DNA from: an uncultured Candidatus Saccharibacteria bacterium
GTDB taxonomy: Bacteria; Patescibacteriota; Minisyncoccia; Phycocordibacterales; UBA2100
Direction of reading: 5' to 3'
Assembly (NCBI GenBank): GCA_964623775.1
Contig: CAZUVH010000001.1
Coordinates: forward strand, 284,784 to 348,783
DNA length: 64,000 bases
In this document: in pieces, positions 47,881-58,249 of the stretch
Layout: each line of letters opens with the position of its first letter
Numbering within the stretch: position 1 is the first letter of the stretch
Made by a program: the position numbers and the translations under genes
The notes under the pieces: generated by a model
Database searches by the model: none
Seen by the model: only the letters and a program-made list of their open reading frames with translations
Told to the model about the DNA's origin: nothing

Positions 47881-48732
47881 ATGAATTCGTGCACCATCTG
47901 TGGCTCACAAGACTTTGTACCGTTTAGTACGAAAAATGGCCACAGCATTATTCGCTGCACCGCTTGCGATCTCATATTCGTGTATCCAATACTCGCAGCT
48001 CCGCGAGAAATATATGACCGCAATTATTTCGATGGAGCGGCGAACGGATTTGGCTATACAAATTACGACGAGGACAAGGAGCCAATGCGGCCTGTTTTTT
48101 CAAAATATATTGAAATAATTGATGAGGAGCTTGCGGGGGAAAAGGGCAGGCTGCTTGATGTGGGTGCAGCGACAGGTTTTTTTGTAGCGATGGCTCAAGA
48201 AGCGGGGTATGAGGCGGAGGGGGTCGACATTTCCGAGCACGCTGCCGGAGTGGGCCGGGCAAAAGGCCGCAAAGTGCATGCGGGCACAATCGAGGACATA
48301 CATGGCGTGTACGACTGCATTACAATGCTTGATCTCATCGAGCACGTACCTGATCCGCGATCTGTCATAAAAAAAGCGGCTGCACTTTTGAGAAGCGGGG
48401 GAGTGCTTGTGATTAATGCACCAGACGCGGGAAGTCTGTTGGCCCGAATGCTCGGTAAGCGTTGGCACTTGATTTCCCCACCTGAGCATCTCCATTATTT
48501 CAATCGAAATAACATGCGAAGACTTCTTGAGGAAGAGGGTTTCGAGGTCGTCCGTATCACCACGATCGGAAAATGGTTCACGCTCAAGTACATTTTCAAG
48601 GTGCTTGGTCGGAGCACGCATATCGGGCTGTTTCAGAAAATGAGTGCACTTTTTTCCCATTGGACGCTTGCACGATTTTCGATACCTCTCAATTTGCGCG
48701 ACAATATGTTTGTGATAGCTAAACGATCATGA
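47881..48732 (+). CDS. Class I SAM methyltransferase
   Basis: CTIC...CTAC, LLDVGAATG, DLIEH, PPEHLHYF. Confidence 0.85.
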   Translation: MNSCTICGSQDFVPFSTKNGHSIIRCTACDLIFVYPILAAPREIYDRNYFDGAANGFGYTNYDEDKEPMRPVFSKYIEIIDEELAGEKGRLLDVGAATGFFVAMAQEAGYEAEGVDISEHAAGVGRAKGRKVHAGTIEDIHGVYDCITMLDLIEHVPDPRSVIKKAAALLRSGGVLVINAPDAGSLLARMLGKRWHLISPPEHLHYFNRNNMRRLLEEEGFEVVRITTIGKWFTLKYIFKVLGRSTHIGLFQKMSALFSHWTLARFSIPLNLRDNMFVIAKRS

Positions 48733-50486
48733 TCCGAATCTTGCGAGACCGCATACTTCTCATCACTGTTTTTGTAACGGTGCTGCTTTCGCTTGTGCCC
48801 CTCGTCCAATATCCTTCGTCGGGGAGCAGTTTTGAAGGATTTGTGTATGGGCGCTACATGGACTATTACTACACATCAGTGGCGCGAGAAGTGTATGACG
48901 GGTATCCGCTTCTAGGGAACCCGTTTTTTTATGAGCATAGGGAGTCAATAGCGCCTGCAATGATCCTCCCTTTTCAGATATATGCACTGCCATTGTTTGC
49001 GGGCTTCTCGCTTGCCGCGACCTCCATTTTCAATTTCAGTCTCTGGAGCGTGATTTTCGTGGCCGCCCTCTATCTTATCTTGAGACGACTCACCATTCCT
49101 TCAATATGGGCCGCTGTTGGGAGCGTGTTTGTGTATCTCATCATGTATGGACAGCTTATCCGGGTGGTCTCCATGGAAATGGTGCACCCCGTGTTTCTGC
49201 TTTTCATACTACTTTTCTTTTATTGGTGGGATAAGCCCGGAAAGTATCGCGACACAATCCTCTCACTCGTCATCGCATTCAGTATTTATATATACCCCTA
49301 CTTGCTGCACGTAATTTTCTGGTTCCTAATTATCGTCTTCGGCCAGCTGCTCTATGTGCGTGACAGTGAACGGACCAGGCGTGCGCTCATGGTTGGATTA
49401 ATTACTACGGCGCTCTGCATACCATTCCTGGTGATCACCTGGATCCAGGTGAATAATCCGTATTACGTCGAGTCACTGCTCCGTATCGGCTTAGGGTACA
49501 CACATATACCCTCAGGAGAGGTTGTGCGCGGTGCTATGCGTATATTCCCGATGATCGCGCTTGCGCTCTTGAGCTGGGTGTGGATCTTTCGCAAGAAAAA
49601 TCTCTCAAGTGCCCCGCACCTTTTTCATCTCCTTATTCTTGGAATCGCGATATGGATATCATCCACTGAGAATGTGATCACGGGTCTCGATCTGGAGACG
49701 GCGTCGCATGTCGAGAGGTTCGTCATGCTCTGGTTTTCGATCATGTCGGTCGTTGCTTTGTATTTTCTGTATAGTGCGCGACGCGACATCGCATTCATGA
49801 GTAGTGGTAAAAAGATCACACTCGGACTTCTTGCGGCACTCGTTTTTCTACTTGCGATACCGTATGTAAAAAAAATTGATCCGGCCATACGAGACGCTGA
49901 TGCGAATCGCCTGAAAGCCCAGAAGGCCACGGCAGTGCTACCTGCCTTGCGGTGGCTTGATGCCAGCGCGAAAGGCGCTGTAGTCTGGACGAACCCAGAG
50001 ACCGACCTCAATGCTCATGTGTCGGTGCTCACGACGCAATATACTCTTTTCGGCACCGGTCATTTACATCTCATGCCCACGAGGGACGTTGAAGATCGGT
50101 ATCTCATCGCGCACTCGGCGGGGGAAGTTACACTCGAAAGTATTACAGCTGACGTGTGGGATCACAGTGGTGTAGGTGCCGCGATTGATACACCAAATAC
50201 ACTCAATCGCAGTGTAAAGTTGTGCCGACTTCTCCGACTTCACTATTTTGGTCGCGAGTGTGGCAATCTCACGAATGCGCGGATACTCTATGCAGAGAAT
50301 TATGCGGCCATGTATAACAGGTTTACGAATGAGATTCGGCCACATCTTGCAGAGCAACTTAAAAAATACCACGTCGACTATGTCATTCGAGATACACAAA
50401 CCGACAACGACTTTCATCCCGAGCGTATGGTAAAAATGGAGCTTGTGTATTCAGACGACCGTTTTGAAATCTACAAGACAATATAG
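48729..50486 (+). CDS. Multi-pass membrane protein, GT-C-like
   Basis: About 12 hydrophobic segments; Y....REVYDG....NP..YE; C-terminal KKYHVDYV; paralog of the next gene. Confidence 0.6.
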   Translation: MIRILRDRILLITVFVTVLLSLVPLVQYPSSGSSFEGFVYGRYMDYYYTSVAREVYDGYPLLGNPFFYEHRESIAPAMILPFQIYALPLFAGFSLAATSIFNFSLWSVIFVAALYLILRRLTIPSIWAAVGSVFVYLIMYGQLIRVVSMEMVHPVFLLFILLFFYWWDKPGKYRDTILSLVIAFSIYIYPYLLHVIFWFLIIVFGQLLYVRDSERTRRALMVGLITTALCIPFLVITWIQVNNPYYVESLLRIGLGYTHIPSGEVVRGAMRIFPMIALALLSWVWIFRKKNLSSAPHLFHLLILGIAIWISSTENVITGLDLETASHVERFVMLWFSIMSVVALYFLYSARRDIAFMSSGKKITLGLLAALVFLLAIPYVKKIDPAIRDADANRLKAQKATAVLPALRWLDASAKGAVVWTNPETDLNAHVSVLTTQYTLFGTGHLHLMPTRDVEDRYLIAHSAGEVTLESITADVWDHSGVGAAIDTPNTLNRSVKLCRLLRLHYFGRECGNLTNARILYAENYAAMYNRFTNEIRPHLAEQLKKYHVDYVIRDTQTDNDFHPERMVKMELVYSDDRFEIYKTI

Positions 50487-50490
50487 GCCT

Positions 50491-52251
50491 ATGAAGGAAT
50501 TTCTAAAAACGCACAGGATCGCGATGCTCCTCACGCTATTTGTCGGAACTGTCATAGGATTACCCTCGATTCTCGCTCCGCTTGCGATCGGAAGTGCCTA
50601 TCTAGGCATCCCGTTTCTCCCCCTCAGTGATGAATATTTTTACATGTCTCGCATTCGCGAAGTGCTCGACGGTCACCTGTGGACAAATGCGCCGTACGTC
50701 TACGAGTACAAAAGCCTTCTCTCGCCTACATTTCCGGTCAATGAGTGGCTCTATGCAATCCCCGCACTCGTGTTTGGCCTGATCCCCGTCGTAGTAGCGA
50801 GCAAGTTTGTTCTGCCCGCGCTTTTATTTGTATTTTCGTATTTTCTTTTCCTCAGCGTATTCAGACGGGACGATGAGACTACCAGGTGGAGCGCGATTGC
50901 CGGCTCTCTCGTTATTGTATTGGGAACAGAATTTGTTAATTACAGTTATGTTTTCGGCATCTTGGATGGAACGAAGTATCCGATTGAAAATGGATGGACA
51001 CGACTGGTTAACCCGGTAATGGGCGGCGTGCAATTGCTTGCCTTTTTGTTTCTCATTGCAGAAGTGTGGAACCGAGGATGGCGCTATGCGCATATTGCAG
51101 CGGGCATAGTGCTTGCGGGCATGGTCGGGTATTTCTTCAGTTTTGGTCTGGCCCTGTCCATGCTTGCGACACTTTTCCTTTTTGCGCTTGCGAGAAAAGA
51201 ATACAATGTCGCTCGTGCCCTTTTCACGACGGGGGCACTCTCCATTTTTCTCGACGCGTGGTGGTGGTACAAGATGCTCTTTTCGCTCGGTGGGGAAGAG
51301 GGGGCGGCACTGGCCATGCGCAACGGCATGTTTTTCACGCATGAGCCCGTTCTCAACAAAGCACTACTTGCATCCACTGTCGTTGTCGGCGCACTCTTTT
51401 GCTATGTGTACTTTTTCTTGCGCAGGCGCGAGTACATTCGAGAGTATCTCTTTGCTTTCGCCCTCGTCGTGGCTGGCTGGATTGCGTTTAATGAGCAGGT
51501 AATAACGGGGCGACAGGTCTGGCACCATCACTTTATGCAATACACAGTGCCAATGGGGGTTGCGGCAATAATAATAGCGGGATACTACACATTCAGGCAT
51601 CTGAGGTATCTATGGATCTTCGGTACCGGAAGTCTTGCGACCGTTTGCATCGCCTACGGTCTTTATGCCGTCACTGCATACACAGCACCATGGGATATAG
51701 ATCGTCATATCCATGTTCAACGTGCAGCACTTTATACGACATGGTTCCAGCAGAATGCACCCAAAGATTGTGTGGTCCTCGCGAACCCAAACGATATCGA
51801 TGTGTTCGATGAGGAGCGTCTCATCCCCACGTTCTCGCATTGCAATACGTATACCGTTGATTTCGTCCCATTCGGAATTACGCGAGAACGTATCGAGCAC
51901 AATTATTTATTACAACTGCGTATGCGTGGGGTAAGCGCAGCGGGCGTCCGTGAACATCTTTTGGGGCAAGGTGTATGGATTCGTCAGTATTTTTCTTCAG
52001 ATTGGCACCAGGTCTTTGGCTATGAGCGTGGCATGGAGCCGTGGATTCTTGATCGTATTGATCGACTTACGGAGGCATATCAGCATTTCATGAAAGTACC
52101 GCTCGAAACTCAGATCAAGAAATATCGTGTCGACTACATCCTTTCGGAAGGACCACTTCCGAGAAAATTGCTTGCCGAACTACCAGATCTCAAGCTCGTT
52201 GCTTCTCCCGGCATGTACCGCATCTATCAATTTACAGAGTCCGGAGAGTAG
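50491..52251 (+). CDS. Multi-pass membrane protein, GT-C-like (paralog)
   Basis: DE.FY after the first TM, REVLDG...YEY, NEQVITG, C-terminal KKYRVDYI. Confidence 0.6.
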   Translation: MKEFLKTHRIAMLLTLFVGTVIGLPSILAPLAIGSAYLGIPFLPLSDEYFYMSRIREVLDGHLWTNAPYVYEYKSLLSPTFPVNEWLYAIPALVFGLIPVVVASKFVLPALLFVFSYFLFLSVFRRDDETTRWSAIAGSLVIVLGTEFVNYSYVFGILDGTKYPIENGWTRLVNPVMGGVQLLAFLFLIAEVWNRGWRYAHIAAGIVLAGMVGYFFSFGLALSMLATLFLFALARKEYNVARALFTTGALSIFLDAWWWYKMLFSLGGEEGAALAMRNGMFFTHEPVLNKALLASTVVVGALFCYVYFFLRRREYIREYLFAFALVVAGWIAFNEQVITGRQVWHHHFMQYTVPMGVAAIIIAGYYTFRHLRYLWIFGTGSLATVCIAYGLYAVTAYTAPWDIDRHIHVQRAALYTTWFQQNAPKDCVVLANPNDIDVFDEERLIPTFSHCNTYTVDFVPFGITRERIEHNYLLQLRMRGVSAAGVREHLLGQGVWIRQYFSSDWHQVFGYERGMEPWILDRIDRLTEAYQHFMKVPLETQIKKYRVDYILSEGPLPRKLLAELPDLKLVASPGMYRIYQFTESGE

Positions 52252-52289
52252 TTGGACGCTTTCAGGGGGCGGGGTACAATGTCGCCCAT

Positions 52290-54500
52290 ATGCTCGAAAA
52301 AATTCTGCGTGGGATAGTCATTACCGGAGTTTTCAGTTTGCCGTTCGTTTGCCTCATTGTCGCGTCATCGATGTTCTTCCCTTTCATTACGGGTAAGAAT
52401 TTCGCGTTCCGCATCATTGTAGACATTATCGTCGGCGCGTGGCTTGCCCTTGCACTTGTCAACGAAAAATATCGTCCCCGTCGATCCTGGATCCTGGGGA
52501 CATTCGCTCTATTTGTACTCATAATGGCGATAGCAAATGCGCAGGGCGTCTATCCCTTCAAGAGCTTCTGGAGCAACTACGAACGCATGGACGGGTGGGT
52601 CACGATTGCCCACACACTGGCATACCTCGTCGTGGCCGCATCAGTGATCGCAAGTGAGAGAATGTGGCGATCCCTGTTTCAGGTCAATCTCGGCGTATCA
52701 GTGTTCTTGAGTGCGTATGGGTTAATGCAGTTGGCGGGGCTCTCTGCACTGGGTCAGGGGGGGAAAGCTGGACTTGCTACAGCTCGTATCGATGCGACTT
52801 TTGGAAACCCGATCTATTTGGCGGTGTACATGCTTTTCAATATCGCGTTCGCCGCACTCCTGTGGGTCCAGATGTCACAGGTACGGCCGGCAGGTAAGCG
52901 CTTGATGCCGTCGCTCTTTTACGGCGGAGTCATTTTATTCGATACATTGGCACTCCTTCTCACTGCGACACGCGGTGCGATGTTCGGGCTCATTGGAGGA
53001 GCGCTGCTCGCCTTGCTGCTCGTGGCCTTTTTCCAAGGGACTCGACGAATACGGACTATCGCAGTCGCATCTCTTGTGGCCGTCGTTGTCTTTGGCGTTG
53101 CCATCAAGCTCGGTAAAGATACGCCACTCGTAAAGAGCATAGGATTCATTGATCGTCTCGCGCAGACAAATCTGGGGGGTACCGTAGAGACCCGATTTCT
53201 CAATGCGGGTATGGCGTGGCAGGGAGTGAAAGAGCGTCCACTCCTTGGTTGGGGGCAGGAAAATTACGCCATTGTTTTCGATAAATATTTCGATCCTCGC
53301 ATGTACCGTGCGGAACCGTGGTTTGACCGAACGCACAACGTCATATTTGACTGGTTCGTTACGGGCGGCATCCTCGGACTTCTCTCGTATCTCTCAATTC
53401 TCGCAGCTGCACTGTGGCTGATTTGGATGCGGGGGATACTTTCGATTCCTGAACGAGCGATATTCACCGGGCTTCTCGCGGGCTATACATTTCAAAACCT
53501 CACGGTTTTTGACAATGTGACCAGTTATATACTTTTTGCGACTGTGCTCGCATACATTGTCTGGCGCGAGCGCGAGGCGGGGAAAAATGCGCCGCTCTTC
53601 ACGAAAAAGCTTCTGCCCGAAAATAGTCTGCCGTTTGTCGCTGTAATCGCAGGTATCGTCACGTTTGCTGCCGTATGGTGGATCAATATTCCCGCGTTGC
53701 AGGCCAATTGGACGCTTCTCAAGGCAGTAGCGCCGCAGCAGGCCGGTGTCACAAAGAATCTCGAATACTTCAAGCAGGCGATCGCATACGGCACGATGGG
53801 CACACAGGAGGCTCGTGAGCAGATCGCGCAGATCTCCGTGCAGGTGCAGGGCTCGAAGCTCGACAATTCGATCAAGCAGGAGTTCTTCAACCTGGCAACT
53901 TCCGAGATGAAAAAGCAAAGCGCAGAGTCGCCGCTTGATGCGCGATTCCCACTCTTCCTCGGGTCTGTCCTCGACGCGTATGGTCAGCATGACGCAGCTG
54001 CAGCCGCTTTCCAGCGGGCACATGAGCTCTCGCCGGCCAAACAAAGCATTCTGTACCTCATGGCGCAAAACGCGATGACGCGTGGTGACAGTGCAGCCGC
54101 ACTGCAACATTTGAAGACAGCGTATGAGGTCCTTCCGGCAAACATAGAAGCACGACTCAACTATGCCGCGATGGCGATCCAGCTGAAGCAGGACGCGCTC
54201 GCCGATGAGTTGCTTGCGCCAGTCATGGCGACAGGGGAGGCGGCCAACAATAAAGTCGCATCCGCGTATCTCGCACGTGGCCGCTACGACAAGATTGCGC
54301 AGATCTGGGAATCGCACATCGTGGCAGTACCGACCGATCTGCAAGGATACTTCACGCTCGCCGCCGCCTATTACGCACTCGGCAACAAGGAAAAATCGAT
54401 CGAAGCTTTACAAAAGGCAAAGGCCGCTATCCCAGCTTCGGCACAACAGGTTGATTCACTCATCATTGAGATTCAAAACGGCACGGTGAAGTTGCAGTAG
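52290..54500 (+). CDS. O-antigen ligase / O-oligosaccharyltransferase (Wzy_C) family protein with C-terminal TPRs
   Basis: TFGNPIY, TATRGA, RPLLGWGQENY, FDRTHN, GILG; Ala-rich TPR-like tail. Confidence 0.85.
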   Translation: MLEKILRGIVITGVFSLPFVCLIVASSMFFPFITGKNFAFRIIVDIIVGAWLALALVNEKYRPRRSWILGTFALFVLIMAIANAQGVYPFKSFWSNYERMDGWVTIAHTLAYLVVAASVIASERMWRSLFQVNLGVSVFLSAYGLMQLAGLSALGQGGKAGLATARIDATFGNPIYLAVYMLFNIAFAALLWVQMSQVRPAGKRLMPSLFYGGVILFDTLALLLTATRGAMFGLIGGALLALLLVAFFQGTRRIRTIAVASLVAVVVFGVAIKLGKDTPLVKSIGFIDRLAQTNLGGTVETRFLNAGMAWQGVKERPLLGWGQENYAIVFDKYFDPRMYRAEPWFDRTHNVIFDWFVTGGILGLLSYLSILAAALWLIWMRGILSIPERAIFTGLLAGYTFQNLTVFDNVTSYILFATVLAYIVWREREAGKNAPLFTKKLLPENSLPFVAVIAGIVTFAAVWWINIPALQANWTLLKAVAPQQAGVTKNLEYFKQAIAYGTMGTQEAREQIAQISVQVQGSKLDNSIKQEFFNLATSEMKKQSAESPLDARFPLFLGSVLDAYGQHDAAAAAFQRAHELSPAKQSILYLMAQNAMTRGDSAAALQHLKTAYEVLPANIEARLNYAAMAIQLKQDALADELLAPVMATGEAANNKVASAYLARGRYDKIAQIWESHIVAVPTDLQGYFTLAAAYYALGNKEKSIEALQKAKAAIPASAQQVDSLIIEIQNGTVKLQ

Positions 54501-54604
54501 AGAATTTTTTCCCCGGACAATCTCGTCATTTGCACTTCTCTCGGTGCAGTTGAAATGATATTTTAAGAGATCAAAAAGAGATAAAGAAAAGATAAAGTGA
54601 TTGT

Positions 54605-54633
54605 TTGCACAGCGGCGGGCACGTATGTATAGT
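54605..54633 (+). promoter_or_regulatory. Sigma70-type promoter
   Basis: TTGCAC-17 nt-TATAGT, 6 nt before ATG 54640. Confidence 0.6.
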
Positions 54634-54639
54634 GCCGCC

Positions 54640-57471
54640 ATGAATTTGCGCAGGGTCGCGTTGATGGTACTTATATTGGCAGCCACTTCCTCTGCGACGC
54701 CCGCTTTCGCCTCCACTCTCCCCGACACCTGTGGCGCCTACGATAGTGGCCAATCGGGAGGCATCTTCGACCCGGCGGGGGATAGCACTGAATATTCTTC
54801 GGATGGGTATCTCATCTACCGTCTCCATCTCAAAAACCCCTCTGCCCCGGGCGATACTTTCAATCTTAGATTCCAATATTTTCTGGACACATGCAGAGAT
54901 GTCACGCTCTTTGCAAGCGGACCGCTCGTCACTTTGCCAGCAGGCGTCAGCGACGTCAGTATTCGCTTCACGTCGAGAACAGAGTACGGTATCTGGGACG
55001 ACACACACGAGACGCTTCTTAATCAGGTCTCGATCGAATCGTACCCCGCGTATATCAGCATCAGACCCACCCTCATCGCTTCGCCGACCTCGTTCTACAT
55101 CGGCCACACGCACAAAATCTATCGTGATGGCGTGCCCCCGATTGTCGAGAGTGCCGTGGAGAAGCCTGCCGCTTGTCCGCCACTCCAGGTACAGACGGAT
55201 GGCCTGTGGTTTGACCATGGATACGAACGTGCCGAATACGTGGACGGCCTCTTGCGCGTCCACTTGCGCTTCCTCGACAGAGTAGTCCCTGCCGACAATT
55301 TCCCACGTTTCAACTTCCGGCAAGGCGTTGTACCGGTGACGAACGAAGATTGCACATTCAGTGCGCCACTCAATTCTTTGCCTTCAATCATCGCTCCGTA
55401 TCACAGCTGGTACTATTCGTACCGTTTTATCGATGCGACGCACTGGGTAATGTGGGACGATGAGAGAAACGTGCCGTTCTCAGACGTGTCGGGACTCTGC
55501 AATAGCTGCTCCGGCACCATTCCCGAAGGTACGAAGTACGTCTACTGGCTCGGCGACCGCAACGGCCGCTTCATGCGCACCACCCCATTCCCGCCGGTGG
55601 AACCGACGACGAGAATTGACCCCGTCATCATGATTCCCGGTATTTTGGGGTCAGATTATAACGAGAACGGGGAATTAGTTATGGACCCGATCTTGCACAA
55701 ATACGATGATCTGATCGCGACGTTGGATGCCAATGTTTACACTCAAGGCACGGACCTCTTCACGTTCCCATACAATTGGCGCTTATCGAATATGCATACG
55801 GCACTGCTGCTTAAGGCGAAGATCGATGAGGTTAAGGCGATTTGCCAGTGCGATAAAGTCGATCTCGTCGCGCACTCGATGGGCGGTCTCGTTGCACGAC
55901 AGTACATTCAATCGAGTAGCTATGAAAACGATGTTGATCAGCTAATCTTCCTCGGAACGCCTCACCGTGGTGCGCCCAACTCTTATTTAATGTGGGAAGG
56001 TGGTGAGGTCGAAGCTGGCTTAAGGGATAGGGCGATGGAGCACATTTTGGGACAAGAGGCGCATGAACAAGGTTATGACGATCTGTTTGATTATGTGCGA
56101 AATGAGCCGATTACCTCAGTTCGCGAACTTTTACCTGTCTATGATTACGTTTTCGATAACGGAGACTTGCGTGACTACCCGGAAAATTATCCGACCAACC
56201 CATTTCTCGAAAACCTCAACGCCAACGTAAACGAGCTTCTTGGTTCAGGAGTTTCGATCAGCAATATTGTCGGAGAAAATGGGAGTAACGAGACAATAAT
56301 CGGCATTAATGCAACAAACGGTATGCAGTATTTGCCAATGTGGGAGCATGGCTACCCGGAGAATTTTTATCTTAATTTTGGAGATCATGGATTAGTGCGC
56401 GGTCAAGGTGACGGAACCGTTCCATTCGCAAGTGCCACGTTCGTTGCAGAAAATGTTTCAACGACCACATTCGAGCACACCGCAATACCTGAAGAGGCTC
56501 AGGCAGAGATTTACGAAATCCTTACGGGTGAATCGGCTACGACACTCGTCGACAACTGGAACCTAGTAAACGCCAAACTACTCTTCTTTAAAATGTTTTC
56601 TCCAGCGGATTTTTATGTCATGGCGCCGGATGGCAAGAAGGTCGGAAAAAATGTGCCCGAATCAGAAAAGATCCCTGGTTCATTCTATAGCGGATTCACC
56701 TCTGGCCCGGAATATGTCACGATTCTCAACCCGCTCGATGGAGAGTACAAAATCGTGACGGAAGGCACAGGCAGCGGATCATATACAGTCGAAGCAGCAC
56801 TCCTGAGTGATGAGGAGGTCGTCGAATCTTCGTTTACGGGCAACACCACCTCTGGTTTACTCACGGAGCTCAATGTCGTTCTTGATAGTAATAATCCGAA
56901 CGAGATCGAGGTCACGCCGACCGACACAGAGTCGCCGATCATAAACATCGTATCTCCTGAGGAACGAGACTACGAGCGCTCGCTGCAGCTGGCAGTTAAC
57001 ATATCAGCACAAGACTCGTCAGGCGTATTTGCGCTCGAAACCATACTTGGCACTACGACGATTCCGAACATCGGAGTCGTTGATCTCTTTTTTCTCAAAC
57101 TCGGGACGCACACACTGGCCGTATCTTCCTCCGATAACGTCGGCAATGCGACGACATCAAATCGCACATTCAAAATCATCGCAACGGCGAGCAGTACGCT
57201 TTCGGACATTGATCGTACGTATGCTCTCGGATGGATGACGGAAAAAATTCACAAAACTGTCAGTAAGAAGTTCAAAGCCATAACCAAAATTTCAAAAAAA
57301 GTCGAGAGACGAACTGACGGAAGACCGAATGGAGAGAAGCTACAGATGGTGGTTGATAAGATCCTTGCGCACGCTATGCTTAATGAGCTGCAGAGATACC
57401 GAAGCAGGGGACTCAGTGAGCAGGCTTACCAATTATTAAGAGAGGATATTCTGTGGCTCATTAATAACTAA
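54640..57471 (+). CDS. Secreted alpha/beta-hydrolase (LCAT/PGAP1-like lipase/acyltransferase) with extra N- and C-terminal domains
   Basis: Signal peptide ending AFA; PVIMIPGILGS, FPYNWR, LVAHSMGG, LGTPHRG, GDGTVP...H. Confidence 0.8.
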   Translation: MNLRRVALMVLILAATSSATPAFASTLPDTCGAYDSGQSGGIFDPAGDSTEYSSDGYLIYRLHLKNPSAPGDTFNLRFQYFLDTCRDVTLFASGPLVTLPAGVSDVSIRFTSRTEYGIWDDTHETLLNQVSIESYPAYISIRPTLIASPTSFYIGHTHKIYRDGVPPIVESAVEKPAACPPLQVQTDGLWFDHGYERAEYVDGLLRVHLRFLDRVVPADNFPRFNFRQGVVPVTNEDCTFSAPLNSLPSIIAPYHSWYYSYRFIDATHWVMWDDERNVPFSDVSGLCNSCSGTIPEGTKYVYWLGDRNGRFMRTTPFPPVEPTTRIDPVIMIPGILGSDYNENGELVMDPILHKYDDLIATLDANVYTQGTDLFTFPYNWRLSNMHTALLLKAKIDEVKAICQCDKVDLVAHSMGGLVARQYIQSSSYENDVDQLIFLGTPHRGAPNSYLMWEGGEVEAGLRDRAMEHILGQEAHEQGYDDLFDYVRNEPITSVRELLPVYDYVFDNGDLRDYPENYPTNPFLENLNANVNELLGSGVSISNIVGENGSNETIIGINATNGMQYLPMWEHGYPENFYLNFGDHGLVRGQGDGTVPFASATFVAENVSTTTFEHTAIPEEAQAEIYEILTGESATTLVDNWNLVNAKLLFFKMFSPADFYVMAPDGKKVGKNVPESEKIPGSFYSGFTSGPEYVTILNPLDGEYKIVTEGTGSGSYTVEAALLSDEEVVESSFTGNTTSGLLTELNVVLDSNNPNEIEVTPTDTESPIINIVSPEERDYERSLQLAVNISAQDSSGVFALETILGTTTIPNIGVVDLFFLKLGTHTLAVSSSDNVGNATTSNRTFKIIATASSTLSDIDRTYALGWMTEKIHKTVSKKFKAITKISKKVERRTDGRPNGEKLQMVVDKILAHAMLNELQRYRSRGLSEQAYQLLREDILWLINN

Positions 57472-57482
57472 AGTTTATTACG

Positions 57483-57869
57483 ATGATTCTAAAAATTGCA
57501 AAAAACATCGTTCTGATAGTGATTGCGGCAGTCGCAGGCCACTTTCTCGCAGTTCCGTTCGGAGCCGCATTATCACAAATACTCTCTATCGGAGGCTCAT
57601 ATGGCGGCGATGTTCTAGAGTATTACATGTTTGGCGTTTGCATTTCCCTTACATTTTTTATCTGTCTTCTCTTTTCGACATTTGGCGACAAATATAAATT
57701 CTGGTGGACAGGTGTCGCGCTGCTACCAGTCTTGTGGCTTGAAATGCAGTTGGCAGCAATCTTAATAATTTTCTCAGCGATTTTTGGGGGTATTGGTTGG
57801 TGGCTCGGCAGATTGTTAAGCGGTTATCTGACAAAGGTTGCGCCATCGTTCATGACGAAACTTTCTTGA
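57483..57869 (+). CDS. Small 4-TM membrane protein
   Basis: 128 aa, four hydrophobic stretches, 11 nt after the lipase stop. Confidence 0.7.
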   Translation: MILKIAKNIVLIVIAAVAGHFLAVPFGAALSQILSIGGSYGGDVLEYYMFGVCISLTFFICLLFSTFGDKYKFWWTGVALLPVLWLEMQLAAILIIFSAIFGGIGWWLGRLLSGYLTKVAPSFMTKLS

Positions 57870-57982
57870 TACATCCGGGGCCAGGATACTGGGAGACGTT
57901 GCGTTCAGGACGAAAAGAACTATAATCACTGATGTGAGTGCCACACAATACGTGTGAACGTGTAGCACAAAGAAAGTCACCA

Positions 57983-58014
57983 AAAAAGCACCATCCGAAA
58001 GGAAGGTGCTTTTT
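57983..58014. terminator. Bidirectional intrinsic terminator-like hairpin
   Basis: AAAAAGCACC-A-TCC GAAA GGA-A-GGTGCTTTTT. Confidence 0.6.
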
Positions 58015-58025
58015 GGTTGTATATG

Positions 58026-58249
58026 CAGGGCACACTGCGGAGGACGGGGTGAATTACGACTATAAAGGAGTAATTCACGGCCGCAGCGAGAAGGCGAGCG
58101 AGGCGGGGTCGCGCAATTTTTCAGCAGAAAAATATGCGTGACCGAGCAGCTCGCGCACGTACGATTCAGGGCACACTGCGGAGGACGGGTGCGAGCTCCA
58201 AAGTGAAAGTCGATGTGAGTGCCGCCGCCCTCCGCAGTAAGTCCTGAAT
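58026..58249. repeat. Structured repeat region with 23-bp direct repeat and nested hairpins
   Basis: CAGGGCACACTGCGGAGGACGGG at 58026 and 58167; complementary arm at 58225-58249; hairpins at 58049-58078 and 58107-58143. Confidence 0.65.

Noticed and set aside
53394-55323. Long minus-strand ORFs (316 aa and 250 aa)
   Set aside because: They lie almost entirely antisense to well-supported plus-strand genes and have no recognisable motifs.
57905-57945. Hammerhead ribozyme (CTGATG, GAAA)
   Set aside because: The core is CTGATGTGAG rather than CTGANGA, and the stems could not be assembled.
58144-58175. Group II intron domain V (GCACGTACGATTC resemblance)
   Set aside because: No matching 5' strand with the catalytic triad, no other intron domains and no RT ORF.
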